Positions 35,055 to 44,962 of a stretch of DNA of 64,000 bases are shown here, one piece after another. The position numbers and the translations under genes were made by a program. Below the pieces are notes generated by a model. The model made no database searches. It saw only the letters and a list, made by a program, of their open reading frames with translations, and was not told where the DNA came from. How positions within the stretch are numbered: the first letter of the stretch is position 1; every line of letters begins with the position of its first letter. The stretch comes from a virus, in the IMG/VR virus record IMGVR_UViG_3300021478_000023, positions 8,410-72,409 of that record. One strand, given 5' to 3'.

Positions 35055-35397
35055 TCTAATCCGATCAAGCCCGAAGCGCGACCAGACGCCAGCGACGCCG
35101 AACGAAAACCCGCGCAACAAGCAACAGGCGCGGCGGATGAAGATTCTCCAAGACGTGCGCGACAAGCACGGCAGCATCCGCGTTGTGCCGAACGAGAAAT
35201 ATCGCGCCGTGCTGTTTCATCCGAGCACCGGCATGCGCTTCCGCGAGGAAGGCGGCGCGTCGTGGCCGAATGATCGTTTCACGCAACGGCGATTGCGCGA
35301 TGGCAGCGTGCGGCTGGAACCCAAGAAAGAGGACAAGCCGCAACAAGAGGGCAAGCCGGATCGCCGCTCGCCGCAGCCGACTCAATCCTCGACCTAA
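35047..35397 (+). CDS. DUF2635-like (Mu gp38-like) protein
   Basis: HPSTG...WPNDRFTQRRLRDGSV immediately upstream of the sheath. Confidence 0.65.
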   Translation: MPDLIRSSPKRDQTPATPNENPRNKQQARRMKILQDVRDKHGSIRVVPNEKYRAVLFHPSTGMRFREEGGASWPNDRFTQRRLRDGSVRLEPKKEDKPQQEGKPDRRSPQPTQSST

Positions 35398-35419
35398 CAT
35401 TCCTAAACGAACTACCGGC

Positions 35420-35527
35420 TGAGAGTCGAAACGACTCTCACCCGCCTAAGCCGATGGCTTGGCGGACGATGAGTCACGTCCAAGCATCCCCCGCAACCCC
35501 CGCCTACCGCTGATCGTGGTTATCAGC
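35420..35527 (+). promoter_or_regulatory. Hairpin array in the sheath 5' UTR
   Basis: TGAGAGTCG-AAA-CGACTCTCA; CCGCCTAAGCC/GGCTTGGCGG; GGACG/CGTCC; GCTGAT/ATCAGC. Confidence 0.5.
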
Positions 35528-35541
35528 AACAGGAGCGACCC

Positions 35542-37368
35542 ATGCCCGTGTCATTCGCCCAAATTCCTCAGAACATTAAGGTTCCTTTGTATTGGGTTGA
35601 GATAGACCCATCGATGGCCGGGCTCCCCTCAATCAACTTGAGGGCGCTTTTGTTTGGAACGATGCTCGGGCCGATCAACACTGTTGATACAGCGGTCGCC
35701 GCTGTTCCCGGCACCGGGTATCTTGTTGGTGATACGATTCAGTTAGACAACGGCGTTGAGCTACGCGTAGCGACGGTCGCGGGGGCTGACGGTGTTGGAA
35801 CGGTTGATATCATCGATGGTGGCAGCGCGGTCACGCCGCCGACTGGCGCGCAACCGCAGATCTCTACCAGCGGCGACGGCATCAACGCCACGTTCACGCT
35901 GACATGGCTCAACACTCCTGGCGGCGGCACGGCGGTTCCTGACGTTCCGACTCCGATTGGTTCGCAAGCGCAAGCCGATCAGGCATTCGGTCAGGGCTCC
36001 GAGTTGAGCCGCATGTTCAAGGCGTTTTATTCTAACAATTGGGCCAACGAAGTTTGGGGTTGCGGCCTCAAACAGCCAACCGGCGCAACGGCGGCGGGCG
36101 GATCAATCACCATCACGGCCCCGCCTACGGCAGCGGGAACGATTCATCTTTACATCGGCGGCGAATATGTCCCGGTCAACATTTCGCCGAGCGACACCGT
36201 TGACGATATCGCCGCCGCGATTGTGTCCGAGGTCAACAACCACAACGACGTTGCGGTGATCGCGTCCGGCCCGGTCACGGGCGGCATCGTCAACTTGACC
36301 GCCAATTGGAAAGGCGTCGGCGGCAACGAGATCATGGTGTCGATGAACTACTACGGCGGGCGCGGCGGCGAGCAAACGCCGGTCGGGCTCGGCATCCTGT
36401 TGCCCGCAACGCAATTCCTGACTGGCGGCGTCGGCACGCCGGACATTCAAAACGCCATCCTGAATATGGGCGAGGAACCGTATGAGTACGCGTGCGTGCC
36501 CTGGACCGACAGCGAAACGCTGTTCAACATGGATCAGGAATACGGATTCACCGATCAGGGGCGTTGGGGTTTTGAGCGCCAGCTTTTCGGCCACGTATTT
36601 TCGGCGAAGCGTGGCACCTACCCGGACTTGTTGTTGTTTGGTGAGACGAACAACAGCGGCGTGATCTCGATTATGTCGTTCGAGCACTTGAGTCCGTCGC
36701 CCGCGTTCGAATGGGCAGCTTCCTATTGTGCAAAAGCCCAAAGGGCGCTCATTAACGATCCTGCACGTCCTCTGCAAGCGCTCTCGCTCAACAGGATCAA
36801 GCTGGCGCCCAAGCACAATCGGTTTGATTTCATCGAGATCAACTCGTTGGCGTCAACCGGCATGGCGATCCAAAAAGCCGGATCAGACAATCAACCAATG
36901 ATTGCTCGGGAACAGACCACATACCAGCTAAACCTCTATGGTCAGACTGACGACGCATACGAATTAGTAACGACCTTGGCGACGCTGGCGAAGTTGTTGA
37001 GGAATCAGCGTCAGGCAATCACCAGCAAGTATCCGCGCCACAAACTTGCTGATGACGGCACGAAGTTTGGTCCGGGTCAGGCAATTGTGACCCCGATCAT
37101 CATCAAGGCCGAACTGATCAATCAGTATCAGCAAGATATGTACGACGGACTTGTTGAAAATCTGCAAGCGTTCAAAGCGCACCTGATCGTTGAGCGAGAT
37201 CCAAACGATCCAAACCGGCTCAACACCTTATATCCTCCTGACTTGATCAATCAGTTGCGAATTTTTGCGGTGCTTGCTCAATTCCGACTCCAGTACGACC
37301 GTGGCATCGATCAACTAATAATCGGGCCGAGCACTGGTCCGTTCAACGCGTCGTCGCAAGCGTCGTAA
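35542..37368 (+). CDS. Tail sheath protein (Mu gpL-like)
   Basis: VSFAQIPQNIKVPLYWVE, FGQGSEL, DPARPLQ, VERDPNDPNRLN, PPDLINQLRIFA. Confidence 0.96.
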   Translation: MPVSFAQIPQNIKVPLYWVEIDPSMAGLPSINLRALLFGTMLGPINTVDTAVAAVPGTGYLVGDTIQLDNGVELRVATVAGADGVGTVDIIDGGSAVTPPTGAQPQISTSGDGINATFTLTWLNTPGGGTAVPDVPTPIGSQAQADQAFGQGSELSRMFKAFYSNNWANEVWGCGLKQPTGATAAGGSITITAPPTAAGTIHLYIGGEYVPVNISPSDTVDDIAAAIVSEVNNHNDVAVIASGPVTGGIVNLTANWKGVGGNEIMVSMNYYGGRGGEQTPVGLGILLPATQFLTGGVGTPDIQNAILNMGEEPYEYACVPWTDSETLFNMDQEYGFTDQGRWGFERQLFGHVFSAKRGTYPDLLLFGETNNSGVISIMSFEHLSPSPAFEWAASYCAKAQRALINDPARPLQALSLNRIKLAPKHNRFDFIEINSLASTGMAIQKAGSDNQPMIAREQTTYQLNLYGQTDDAYELVTTLATLAKLLRNQRQAITSKYPRHKLADDGTKFGPGQAIVTPIIIKAELINQYQQDMYDGLVENLQAFKAHLIVERDPNDPNRLNTLYPPDLINQLRIFAVLAQFRLQYDRGIDQLIIGPSTGPFNASSQAS

Positions 37369-37444
37369 CGACCAACAACAATACGGGCGGCCTTAACCAG
37401 CCGCCCGCCACCTATCCGTTCCATCAACAAATAGGAGAGTTACG

Positions 37445-37825
37445 ATGGCACAGAGAATCGCCGGAACGGCGTTCTTGACCGTTGACGGCAATCAGTACGC
37501 GTTGCGTGGGAATTTCGTCGTGTCACCGTCGCCGGTCGAGCGCACAATGATTGCTGGCCAAGATGGCGTTCATGGCTATCAGGAATTGCCGCGCGTTCCA
37601 TACATCGAAGGCGACATTAGTTTGGTTCCAGGGTTGTCGCTTGAAGCGCTGATTACGCAAACGGACTCAACCGTTGTCGCGCAGTTGGCGAACTACACGA
37701 CCTATACGTTGACCAACGCAACGGTGAAGGGCGGATTCGAAGCCAACACGCGAGACGGCCAAACGCGCGTGCGTTGGGAAGGCTTGACCTGTCAGGAGAT
37801 CCAAACGGCAGCGCCGGGCTTCTAA
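37445..37825 (+). CDS. Tail tube protein (Mu gpM-like)
   Basis: RIAGTAFLTVDG, GQDGVHGYQELPRVPYIE. Confidence 0.92.
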   Translation: MAQRIAGTAFLTVDGNQYALRGNFVVSPSPVERTMIAGQDGVHGYQELPRVPYIEGDISLVPGLSLEALITQTDSTVVAQLANYTTYTLTNATVKGGFEANTRDGQTRVRWEGLTCQEIQTAAPGF

Positions 37826-37857
37826 GCTAATCAACAACCGACATTGTGGGAGACAAC

Positions 37858-38463
37858 ATGAACGAAAGACCAAGCACCGGAATCTTTCGCGAGGGCTTCA
37901 TCAATGAGCGCGCGGAAAGCGACGGCGATGCGCGTGCATTCCACACCGGCAACGGCGGCGTACCGGGACAAGATGCCCGGCCCACGTTCGCCCCGCCGCC
38001 AGCACCGGCACCGGCACCCGCGCCGGAAGGCCGATCAATCCCGCCACAAGACAAAACCCCCGAGCAACAAGTAGCGGCGGCGATGCCGCCGCCAGAGTTA
38101 GAGCCGTCACCGGCTGACACCGAAGCGGTGCAGATTGATCAGGATACGTGGCCTATAGTTGTTCGCTTGCTCTACAAGCCGCTGGTCATTCCTGGCACCG
38201 GGCAGACCTTCACCGAGCTATCGTTCCGCGAGCCACGCGGCGGCGATATCAACCGCTACGGCAACCCGTGCCGCATCAACGGGGAAGGCGAAGTGCTGAT
38301 CGAGGAAAGAAAGATGCACTACATCATGGCGGCGTTGTCCGGCATCTTGCCGCCATATCTCGAATTGCTTGATCCGCGCGACTGGAATTCTTGCGCGTAC
38401 AGGCTACGGCATTTTTTCGCTCCCGATCCGCGAGCGTGGTTGTCGGTACAGACGAGGAAATAA
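37858..38463 (+). CDS. Tail assembly chaperone (Mu gp41 / P2 gpE-like)
   Basis: LYKPL, ELSFREPRGGD, LDPRDW; lies between tube and TMP. Confidence 0.85.
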   Translation: MNERPSTGIFREGFINERAESDGDARAFHTGNGGVPGQDARPTFAPPPAPAPAPAPEGRSIPPQDKTPEQQVAAAMPPPELEPSPADTEAVQIDQDTWPIVVRLLYKPLVIPGTGQTFTELSFREPRGGDINRYGNPCRINGEGEVLIEERKMHYIMAALSGILPPYLELLDPRDWNSCAYRLRHFFAPDPRAWLSVQTRK

Positions 38464-38612
38464 TCTTGAACTGCTACCGGCTCGCGCGCTGGTATCACGT
38501 CAGTCCTGATTTGTTTCTATCGATGACCTACGGCGAGGTTCACTTGCACTTGCGGCGCACCTTGCAACTCGCGAACTTGTTGCAGCGGGAATCATCATCC
38601 GATGGCGAATGA
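38412..38612 (+). CDS. -1 frameshift extension of the tail chaperone (GT/E'-like)
   Basis: Slippery T TTT TTC at 38412-38418; -1 frame open to 38612 (LARWYHVSPDLFLSMT). Confidence 0.8.
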   Translation, partial: FFRSRSASVVVGTDEEIILNCYRLARWYHVSPDLFLSMTYGEVHLHLRRTLQLANLLQRESSSDGE

Positions 38613-41337
38613 ACAACAAGAATTGGAACTGCGCGTCACGCTGGACGATCAGGCGTCCGCGCAGCTTCAACATATTCGCGAGGCTCTTAGCGGACTCGGG
38701 GGAGCAAGCCACGCTACCTCACACATAAGCGATTTTGAGCAAGCCATCGGCAGGCTTGGCCGGGCAGCGGTTGGTTTCGGACGCGCATCGGTCGAACTAG
38801 CCAAGGTCATCGGGCCGATGCCGGTCGCGATGGGCGCACTCGCTTATCAAACCTTGCGCGTCAACGAACAGATGAAGGAATGGGCGGCGAGTTTGCAGGC
38901 AACCGGCAATGCCGCGCGCATGGCCGGAATAAGCGTCGGGGAATTTAAAAGCATCGTTGGTCAATTGCGTCAGGCTGGCGTGTCGGCTGGCGACGCATCA
39001 TCGATGATCTTGAATTTCACCAAAGCCTACGGCGAGTTGATGACCGCTGGCAGCGCGCGGCGTCAACAACTAATCCAACTCGCCGGGCCGGAATTTGCCG
39101 GTCACATGATTCAAGGAATTCAGTTGATTGGTAGGCTGCAATCCGACACTGAAAAGCTAAACGCCATTCGGCAGATGGGAGAGAACGTCTATCAAAACAA
39201 GCTAAGAGAATCCCACGACACGATGCTCGCAGCGGCAGCGCGCCAGGATTTTTTTGAAGCGCTGAATGTTTCACAACTCGCCAATCTGCGCCGCGATATG
39301 GTGCAATACGATGAGCGCACCAAAGCAAACATGAAAGCCGAGGAAGAGTCGGCGCAACGATTGGCAGCGGCCTACACCAAGGAAGAAGAAGCACGCAATC
39401 GAATTGGTGACATCATCAAAGTTTCGATGGCGGAACAAGAACTAAAAGTCCTCAACGTCCTCATCAAGATTGAACAGTGGATTGACCGGCGCGCCGAAGT
39501 GTTTGAGAGCCAACGCACCGCTGGCACTGACTTTATGACGCAAGCCGGGAAGGGATACGGCGACGTAGCGCACATGACCGGGGCTGACGCGGTTCACAGA
39601 TTTTTAAAGAACCAAGGGTTAGCCTTCCAGCGCGGCGGCATATTCAACAAACCTACAGTCGGGATGCTCGGCGAGGCCGGACCCGAAGCGGTCATTCCGC
39701 TCTCTCAGATGGGCAGCTTTGGTGGCGGCATCGCAAGACAAAACACCGAGCAAAACACCGATGAGCTAACGCGGCTCAGTAAAAACATCCAATTGATGTT
39801 GGACAAACATATCGGGCTTGCCATTCCTAAACTTGCACGCGGCGGGCGAGTAAGCGGTCGAACAGTCGCGATGGCTGGCGAGGCCGGACCAGAGGCCATC
39901 GATGGGCCGGGTGGCAGGCGTATCATAAACGGACCAACAATCGGCACGCTTGATGCTGGCGAGACGGTGACACCGCTGCGCAACACCAACAAATACGTCA
40001 CTGGCGACACGATGCGAGCAATCGGTGAGTCCCGCACCGGGAAGGCGAGTTTCTACGGCAATTATCGGGGGCAACAGAATTGGGTTGATAAGGGGGACAT
40101 GGACAAATACGGGCGGCCTCTGCCGGGTTATTCTGGCACGCCGTTGGACGTGCCTGGAATAGCATTGCCGACAACGGTCACGGCTGGCGGCGCTGGCAAG
40201 CAAGCTGGCGATTGGTTCGCGGTGACTGGACCGGACGGCAGAACATTTTATGCGCCGCAAGTTGATGTTGGTCCCGGCAAGAGAACGGATCGAATTGTTG
40301 ATATCAATGCCCCGTTAGCGGAGGCAATGGGATACGTGCCCGACGAAGTGAAGGGCGGGCGACATTTTCCAACCGATGCAAATTTCACCGTGGCGCGCGC
40401 CGATCCAAACAGAGCGGTTATGTCTAAGTTTCCGATGCCTGACACGTCGCTCGCTGATGAACCAATTAACAACATTTCGTTCAAACTGGCCGATCAATCA
40501 TTGCGTATTCCGCCAACGGCGCAGACCTCATCCGCCGATGCGCCGACGCAACATCCACACGATGCGCCTGTGACTCGCGGCAACATTAAAATTCCGCACT
40601 CGGCGGCAGAGATCGCGAGTTGGCAGCAATACTTTACGAACCCGCTTGCTGACATTGAGGACGAACTATCGTCGCAGCGTAGCAAGGCGCGCGAGGCTAT
40701 CGCGGGAGTCGGCAAGCAAGGGAGTTTTGGTGCCAATGTGTTGCAGGCCGGGAAAGCCGCGTGGGAGAGTTACAAATATGCGTCGCCTACCGGCACAGGA
40801 TTTGACGCAATCTTGCACACGACGCTCGGTCGCGTAGCTGGCGGCGCGGTTGGCGGACGCGAGGCCGGGAATGTTTTGTCTGACGTTGCAAGTCCATTCA
40901 TTCCGAGAGCACCAAGCGCACCGGCTTATTCCGTCGCCGAGCAAGCATTGGATTTTGCCAAGGACAAAAATCTGATTGCGCTTTCTGGAACAGCATTCAG
41001 TCGAATAAAGCTAGGACTCAAAGTGGCCGAGTCCGCCCAACAAGCAATCAAAGGCGAGGGACTCGATAAGTCGTTGGCCGAATCGTTTGGGCTAGGGGCA
41101 AAAAAACAAATCAAGATTGTGCAGGAGAACGCGCCGCCAGGAACAACGGTCGAAGCCGATGGTCCGGGCTTCAAGGATGTTGAACACGAAACAACCCGCG
41201 AAACCTCGCAGCCATTGTTTGATCCGAGTCAGAAAGCCAAGTGGCGGCACCCCGACGCCAGCGAGAGATCGCGGCAGCATAACGCCGCGCAGCAACACGA
41301 CCACGATGTTGTAGGTGTTGGCGGGATACGCGGATAA
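38602..41337 (+). CDS. Tape measure protein 1 with RlpA-like DPBB lytic transglycosylase domain
   Basis: LRVTLDDQAS N-terminus; helical region; GEAGPEA x2; GKASFYG...GIALP...DVGP...RIVDINAPLAEAMG. Confidence 0.85.
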   Translation: MANEQQELELRVTLDDQASAQLQHIREALSGLGGASHATSHISDFEQAIGRLGRAAVGFGRASVELAKVIGPMPVAMGALAYQTLRVNEQMKEWAASLQATGNAARMAGISVGEFKSIVGQLRQAGVSAGDASSMILNFTKAYGELMTAGSARRQQLIQLAGPEFAGHMIQGIQLIGRLQSDTEKLNAIRQMGENVYQNKLRESHDTMLAAAARQDFFEALNVSQLANLRRDMVQYDERTKANMKAEEESAQRLAAAYTKEEEARNRIGDIIKVSMAEQELKVLNVLIKIEQWIDRRAEVFESQRTAGTDFMTQAGKGYGDVAHMTGADAVHRFLKNQGLAFQRGGIFNKPTVGMLGEAGPEAVIPLSQMGSFGGGIARQNTEQNTDELTRLSKNIQLMLDKHIGLAIPKLARGGRVSGRTVAMAGEAGPEAIDGPGGRRIINGPTIGTLDAGETVTPLRNTNKYVTGDTMRAIGESRTGKASFYGNYRGQQNWVDKGDMDKYGRPLPGYSGTPLDVPGIALPTTVTAGGAGKQAGDWFAVTGPDGRTFYAPQVDVGPGKRTDRIVDINAPLAEAMGYVPDEVKGGRHFPTDANFTVARADPNRAVMSKFPMPDTSLADEPINNISFKLADQSLRIPPTAQTSSADAPTQHPHDAPVTRGNIKIPHSAAEIASWQQYFTNPLADIEDELSSQRSKAREAIAGVGKQGSFGANVLQAGKAAWESYKYASPTGTGFDAILHTTLGRVAGGAVGGREAGNVLSDVASPFIPRAPSAPAYSVAEQALDFAKDKNLIALSGTAFSRIKLGLKVAESAQQAIKGEGLDKSLAESFGLGAKKQIKIVQENAPPGTTVEADGPGFKDVEHETTRETSQPLFDPSQKAKWRHPDASERSRQHNAAQQHDHDVVGVGGIRG

Positions 41338-41340
41338 CCG

Positions 41341-44337
41341 ATGCCAACGGAAACCGAGGAATTAAGACTCATAGTGCGGCTGGACGACCAAGCGTCGGGC
41401 CAGCTTCAAAACTTGCGCGCGCATCTAACACAGATGGGGAGCGGCCCGGTCAGTCAGGGGATGGGGCAGGCAACCGCCAAGGCGACCGAATTAGAAAGGG
41501 CATTCGGCCATCTAGCACGATCCGCGCTCGGCGTCGGGCGCACCGCAATGGACTTGGCCAAGATCATCGGACCAATGCCAGTCGCGATTGGCGTGCTCGG
41601 ATATGAAATGATCCGTGGCATCGGCGCGATGAAAGAATGGTCCGCGCAGATGACGGCGATCAACAACGCCGCTCGCATGGCCGGGGTTAGTGCAGGAAAC
41701 TTTCGCGGCATCACCGATCAGCTACGCCAGTCAGGCATCAGCGCGGGTGACGCGGCTGGCATGGTGCAGAGTTTAACCAAGTCAATCGCGGAAGCGGTCA
41801 GGCCGGGCACTCAGCTTCGCAACAATCTGATCGCGATAGCTGGCGTTAATGCCAGCGCGATGACCGATGCGTTGCAACAGCTATCGGAAATGACCGACGC
41901 CACTGACCGGATGAACAAAATCCGGCAGATGGGCTTGGACGTTTACCGGCACAAATTCAACGAAACCCACGACGCAATGATTGCGCGCGCTGCGCAATTG
42001 AATTTCCTGCAATACTTTGGGCAACAACAACTCATCAACCAGAAACAGGAACTACATAGGCTCGATCAGCGCTCAATCGACAACATGAATGATGAGGCGA
42101 AAAAGCAAGATGATTTGAATGCCGCACTGGTGAAAGAGGAAGAAGCGCGCAAGCGCATTTCAGACATCATCAAAGGCATGCTCGGACCTGATTTTGAAAA
42201 GGCCATCAATCTTGTTGCTAAGGTTGAGGGATGGATTGGACGGCGCGGGGAGACACTTGAGAGTCAGCAACGCGCTGGCACCGATTTTATGACGCAAGCT
42301 GGCAAGGGCTACGGTGACGTAGCGCAGATGACCGGCGCGGGAGCGGTGCACGATTTCCTGAAAGCGCACGGGCTCGCATTTCAGCACGGCGGCGTCGTCA
42401 CCGGGCGGACGCCAGGACTAGTCGGCGAGGCCGGACCCGAAGCGGTCATGCCTTTGGATGCGCTAGGCGGCGGGCAATCCAAACACACTGAAAGCGTCGG
42501 CGAGAACACCAAGCAATTGCGCATGCTCAACGAGCAAATGGAGCAAATTCTAAATCCATCGCTGATCAGCAAGTACGCGCAAGGCATGGGCGGCGTCGGC
42601 GCTGGAATGGGCGACGGCAGCGGTGATGGCACTGGTCCGGGCGGGCCGGGCGGCACGTCATCTGGACCGGGCGGCAACGACAGCACAACGCCGCCAGCAC
42701 CGGGCGAGCCGGGCGGGGAAGCGCTCAACATGGAATCGGCGCGCATCGGCATGAACCCGATGTGGGATAACGCCAGTGGCAGCGCACAGAACCGTCCTAG
42801 CGGCGGCATGTTGGGAGCGATGGTGGCGGGCGGCGGCTTGACCACGGGCGGCTTCGCTAAAGCGCCACGGATGCAATGGCCAGCGGCACCCGGAGCAATC
42901 ACGAATGCAACGGCTACGGGTGGCGGCAGCGCGTATTTGGCGAAACAGCGCGCCGCGATGTTTGCTGAATACGATAAATGGTCCCCCGAACAGAAGCGCA
43001 CACTTGCAAACGTCGCGATGGCTGAAAACGGAAAATCCCCGCAAGACGTAATAGAAAGTTTGGCGAACCGTGTTGTTGGTGAAAAAGGTACGCGAGCAAA
43101 TCGTGGTGGGACATTGTGGGAAGGTTTGACCAATGGCTTTTATAGTTCATTCCACGGCGCGTATGCGGCGGCTAAGGCTGGTCGCGGAAACATTCAATTA
43201 GCTGATAAGATTGCTACTGGTGTGCGCGGCGGTAGCGATGTGCTTGAGGGTCGGTCAGATCAGGGCATGTGGACTGACCCTGGTCACAGAGACATGCACG
43301 CTCGCGGGGCCGCTCCGGGGACAGGCATTAACGCTCTTGGCGTAGCGCGACGATTGAAGTTCATCAATGGTGAGTGGTACAGCGACAAACAATCAATCTC
43401 ACTTGGGGCAGTTTCAGATGAGCGCCGACGCCAAGCGGAATACGATGCCAGCCAATCGCCGGTTCAAGTTGCAAGCCTAGATCCCGGCAGCGGTGTTGGT
43501 ACTACAACCGCCCCGCCGTCAGGACCGATGGGGTTTGGTCCATTTGGCGTGGGCGCGAGCGGCACGACGGTCGCGAGCGGGGCAACAGGTTATAGCGGCA
43601 CTAGTCGTTTTAATTTTGCGGGTTCCAAGGAAGCCGCTGCGATGGGAATAAACATCGCACCAGATGCGGTTCAACAATTTGCTGTTCCCGGTGTCAAGGG
43701 CATCCCCGGTGGTCAAATCAAAGCCAACAAATATGCTGGCCCGGATTTCGTCGGATTCCTGCAAGACTTGCAAGCGGCTGGTGCCCCGCTCACAAATTTC
43801 AGTGGTGTGTACGCTCATAGAGAAAAGAGGGGCGGCGGCGGCTTATCGCAGCATACCTACGGCAACGCGATGGACATTGAAACCGGGTTTGGTTCTGGAC
43901 CGGACAACAGTCCATACTTGTATAAATGGGCGCAAGAGCATCCACAGGAATTTGCTGAAATACAAGCACGGCATCACTTGCGGAATTTGGTCAACACCGG
44001 CAATCCAAAACACCCGCATGATTGGGGGCATTTCGAATGGACGCCGGGCGCGGTCGATCCCGCCGCAGCAACCGTAGCGAATGTTGGAAAGCCTAAGAGT
44101 GATTGGCCAACGTCGGCAGAGGACACCGCTACAACGCTCGACAAGATGATGGCTGGCGAAAACAAGCCGTCCGATACGAGCGGCACGATCACGATCAAGC
44201 ACGGTGCAAAACCGTCAGCAACACCGAAAGACAAAAAGCCCGCATTCAAGGACGTGCCCGACAATCGGCAAGGCGCGATGCTTCCCGCCGAAGCTGGTCC
44301 GAAAGCCGCAGATCCCGCCGCTCACGTTCAAGGGTAG
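41341..44337 (+). CDS. Tape measure protein 2 with M15 peptidase and possible SleB-like domain
   Basis: Paralogous N-terminus; R..SQHTYGNAMDI...DWGHFE (M15); AMAENG...IESLANR. Confidence 0.85.
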   Translation: MPTETEELRLIVRLDDQASGQLQNLRAHLTQMGSGPVSQGMGQATAKATELERAFGHLARSALGVGRTAMDLAKIIGPMPVAIGVLGYEMIRGIGAMKEWSAQMTAINNAARMAGVSAGNFRGITDQLRQSGISAGDAAGMVQSLTKSIAEAVRPGTQLRNNLIAIAGVNASAMTDALQQLSEMTDATDRMNKIRQMGLDVYRHKFNETHDAMIARAAQLNFLQYFGQQQLINQKQELHRLDQRSIDNMNDEAKKQDDLNAALVKEEEARKRISDIIKGMLGPDFEKAINLVAKVEGWIGRRGETLESQQRAGTDFMTQAGKGYGDVAQMTGAGAVHDFLKAHGLAFQHGGVVTGRTPGLVGEAGPEAVMPLDALGGGQSKHTESVGENTKQLRMLNEQMEQILNPSLISKYAQGMGGVGAGMGDGSGDGTGPGGPGGTSSGPGGNDSTTPPAPGEPGGEALNMESARIGMNPMWDNASGSAQNRPSGGMLGAMVAGGGLTTGGFAKAPRMQWPAAPGAITNATATGGGSAYLAKQRAAMFAEYDKWSPEQKRTLANVAMAENGKSPQDVIESLANRVVGEKGTRANRGGTLWEGLTNGFYSSFHGAYAAAKAGRGNIQLADKIATGVRGGSDVLEGRSDQGMWTDPGHRDMHARGAAPGTGINALGVARRLKFINGEWYSDKQSISLGAVSDERRRQAEYDASQSPVQVASLDPGSGVGTTTAPPSGPMGFGPFGVGASGTTVASGATGYSGTSRFNFAGSKEAAAMGINIAPDAVQQFAVPGVKGIPGGQIKANKYAGPDFVGFLQDLQAAGAPLTNFSGVYAHREKRGGGGLSQHTYGNAMDIETGFGSGPDNSPYLYKWAQEHPQEFAEIQARHHLRNLVNTGNPKHPHDWGHFEWTPGAVDPAAATVANVGKPKSDWPTSAEDTATTLDKMMAGENKPSDTSGTITIKHGAKPSATPKDKKPAFKDVPDNRQGAMLPAEAGPKAADPAAHVQG

Positions 44338-44340
44338 AAC

Positions 44341-44961
44341 ATGCCAGCACCCGATGGTCCCGATTATGCCCAAGGCGGCAATTTCATTGCGCCCGGTCAA
44401 ACGCGCAATGTGACGACGCCCGGCTACGCGCCTGGGCCGCACGTCTCGCAGATTATGGAGCTACCAAACACGCGATGGCGCGATAGTTTGGTGCCAGCAT
44501 CGTTCAACGGAGCGGCGTTCCATTGCGAGTCCAACACATTCGAAAGTGGCCGCAGAATTGTTGAACACGAATATCCGAAGCGCAACCTACCGTATTGCGA
44601 AGATCTCGGGCACCGCGCGATTGCTTGGGATGTGCGCGGTTACGTCATCGTCTATCCCTACGATGTCAAAGACTCTGTGCTCTATCAGCGTGACTACAGG
44701 AATGCGCGCGATGCGTTGATGCGCGAGTTGGACAAAGGCGGCCCGGCAGTTTTGCAGATGCAAACGCTTCCGCCGCTGACCATGTTCTGCGAGCGCTATC
44801 GCGTCACCGAAACGGAAAAGTACGGCGGCTATGCCGTGTTCGATATGAGTTTCAAGGAAATGGGGACCGAAGCGTTCCCGCTCGCCGACACGCGTACAAG
44901 CGCATTGCTGGCGTCGAGCAAGCTGAAAGATCAAATACTAGCGCAGCTTGCGGACGCCTGA
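44341..44961 (+). CDS. DNA circularization protein N-terminal domain (Mu gpN-like)
   Basis: WRDSLVPASFNGAAF, GRRIVEHEYP, EDLG. Confidence 0.92.
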   Translation: MPAPDGPDYAQGGNFIAPGQTRNVTTPGYAPGPHVSQIMELPNTRWRDSLVPASFNGAAFHCESNTFESGRRIVEHEYPKRNLPYCEDLGHRAIAWDVRGYVIVYPYDVKDSVLYQRDYRNARDALMRELDKGGPAVLQMQTLPPLTMFCERYRVTETEKYGGYAVFDMSFKEMGTEAFPLADTRTSALLASSKLKDQILAQLADA

Positions 44962-44962
44962 C

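Noticed and set aside
35418-35481. Possible hammerhead ribozyme (CTGAGAG...GAAAC)
   Set aside because: The core lacks CUGANGA spacing and these bases form one perfect hairpin, not a three-way junction
38602-44337. Single TMP broken by a stop, or an assembly duplication
   Set aside because: The second gene restarts with a homologous but diverged N-terminus and carries different cargo, so these are true paralogues
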